DNA of 62,318 nt, the filler included, from an uncultured Methanoregulaceae archaeon (GTDB lineage: Archaea; Halobacteriota; Methanomicrobia; Methanomicrobiales; Methanospirillaceae): NCBI GenBank assembly GCA_964530035.1. It is 6 parts of 6 records of this genome, joined end to end, with 100 filler letters (N's around TTAATTAATTAA, not from the genome) between each part and the next. Parts side by side here need not be neighbours in the genome. Positions count along the whole stretch, not along the records: positions 52,275 to 62,318 come from CAZGXZ010000090.1; 5 more parts are not named here. One strand, written 5' to 3'. The notes under the pieces are model-generated. The model saw only the letters and a program-made list of their open reading frames with translations, was not told where the DNA came from and did not search any database. Position numbers and translations under genes: made by a program. This document shows positions 61,960-62,318 of this stretch, piece after piece (within the stretch, counting starts at the first letter, position 1; the number at the start of each line of letters is the position of its first letter).

Positions 61960-62318
61960 ATGACAACCCGGATGTTGCTTACCTGGAAACCGTGTCCTGC
62001 AGATATGTTCACGGAAAACTTCACGAGTTCCTTGTCCTCGAGGTGGGGCATGACCCCCCTGAACTTCTCAACGAACATGATCCTCTGGCGGCGGGCCGCC
62101 GTTGACTCCTCCCAGCGGAAATGAAAGACTGCGTCGGCTGCATCGGCAAGTTCGCGTTCCCGCTGGGGTTCAAGGATGCCCCTGGTGAGAAGGAGGTAGC
62201 TTATTATCTGTTTTTCTTTTGAATACCTCTGGAATCCTCTTAAAAGGCCCGTGAGTGCCGGCCACTGGTCCTGGACAAGGCACTGGAGACCAATCTCGGT
62301 CAGGGAATCGAATATGAC
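61956..62318 (-). CDS. RAD55/KaiC-like ATPase, C-terminal part (runs off window)
   Basis: Minus-strand translation ...FDSLTEI...ADAADAVFHFRWEE...EKFRGVMPHLE...FQVSNIRVVI*, with an ATGA overlap onto the next gene. Confidence 0.8.
   Translation of the reverse strand, partial: VIFDSLTEIGLQCLVQDQWPALTGLLRGFQRYSKEKQIISYLLLTRGILEPQRERELADAADAVFHFRWEESTAARRQRIMFVEKFRGVMPHLEDKELVKFSVNISAGHGFQVSNIRVVI

Noticed and set aside
1..62318. CRISPR array or cas genes associated with the TnpB-like ORF
   Set aside because: No regularly spaced short direct repeats or cas-like ORFs were seen; the repeats at 48-4069 are coding.
61261..62318. Tandem KaiC-like genes as a circadian clock
   Set aside because: The complete gene is single-domain and no kaiA/kaiB is visible; such ATPases are common in archaea.

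Overview
Archaeal DNA from a hydrogenotrophic methanogen. Gene content (frhADGB, mptA, thermosome, nob1, lonB, multi-PAS kinase) suggests Methanomicrobiales, possibly Methanoregulaceae-like; this is inference. The window is NOT one locus. It is six ~10 kb contigs (1-10477, 10578-20997, 21098-31458, 31559-41909, 42010-52174, 52275-62318) joined by artificial 100-nt N/TTAATTAATTAA linkers, so adjacency across linkers has no meaning. Contig 1: giant repeat/PKD surface protein, a minimal RuvC-only TnpB-like gene, the F420-reducing hydrogenase operon and mptA. Contig 2: S-layer-like protein, MBL hydrolase, DUF2284, a decayed HTH-nucleotidyltransferase, a patch of non-coding repeats and uvrABC. Contig 3: REC-7xPAS histidine kinase, lsrF-like thiolase plus Zn-dehydrogenase, TetR and nudC. 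Contig 4: two acyl-CoA synthetase paralogues, MarR/MATE, XRE/DUF2178, a secreted C1A protease with CARDB domains and a truncated tRNA-Leu(CAG). Contig 5: TPR, cyclophilin, radical SAM/SPASM, HEAT-repeat protein and ADP-forming acyl-CoA ligase. Contig 6: housekeeping genes. Best leads: (i) an acyl-CoA synthetase fused to an N-terminal ribbon-helix-helix domain, with a candidate operator over its own start (possible trigger enzyme); (ii) a ~215-nt hairpin-capped repeated non-coding element; (iii) an intact-frame, N-terminally truncated TnpB keeping all three RuvC acidic residues; (iv) a bacterial-type LsrF/dehydrogenase pair in a methanogen. All family assignments were made by motif recognition, without database searches.
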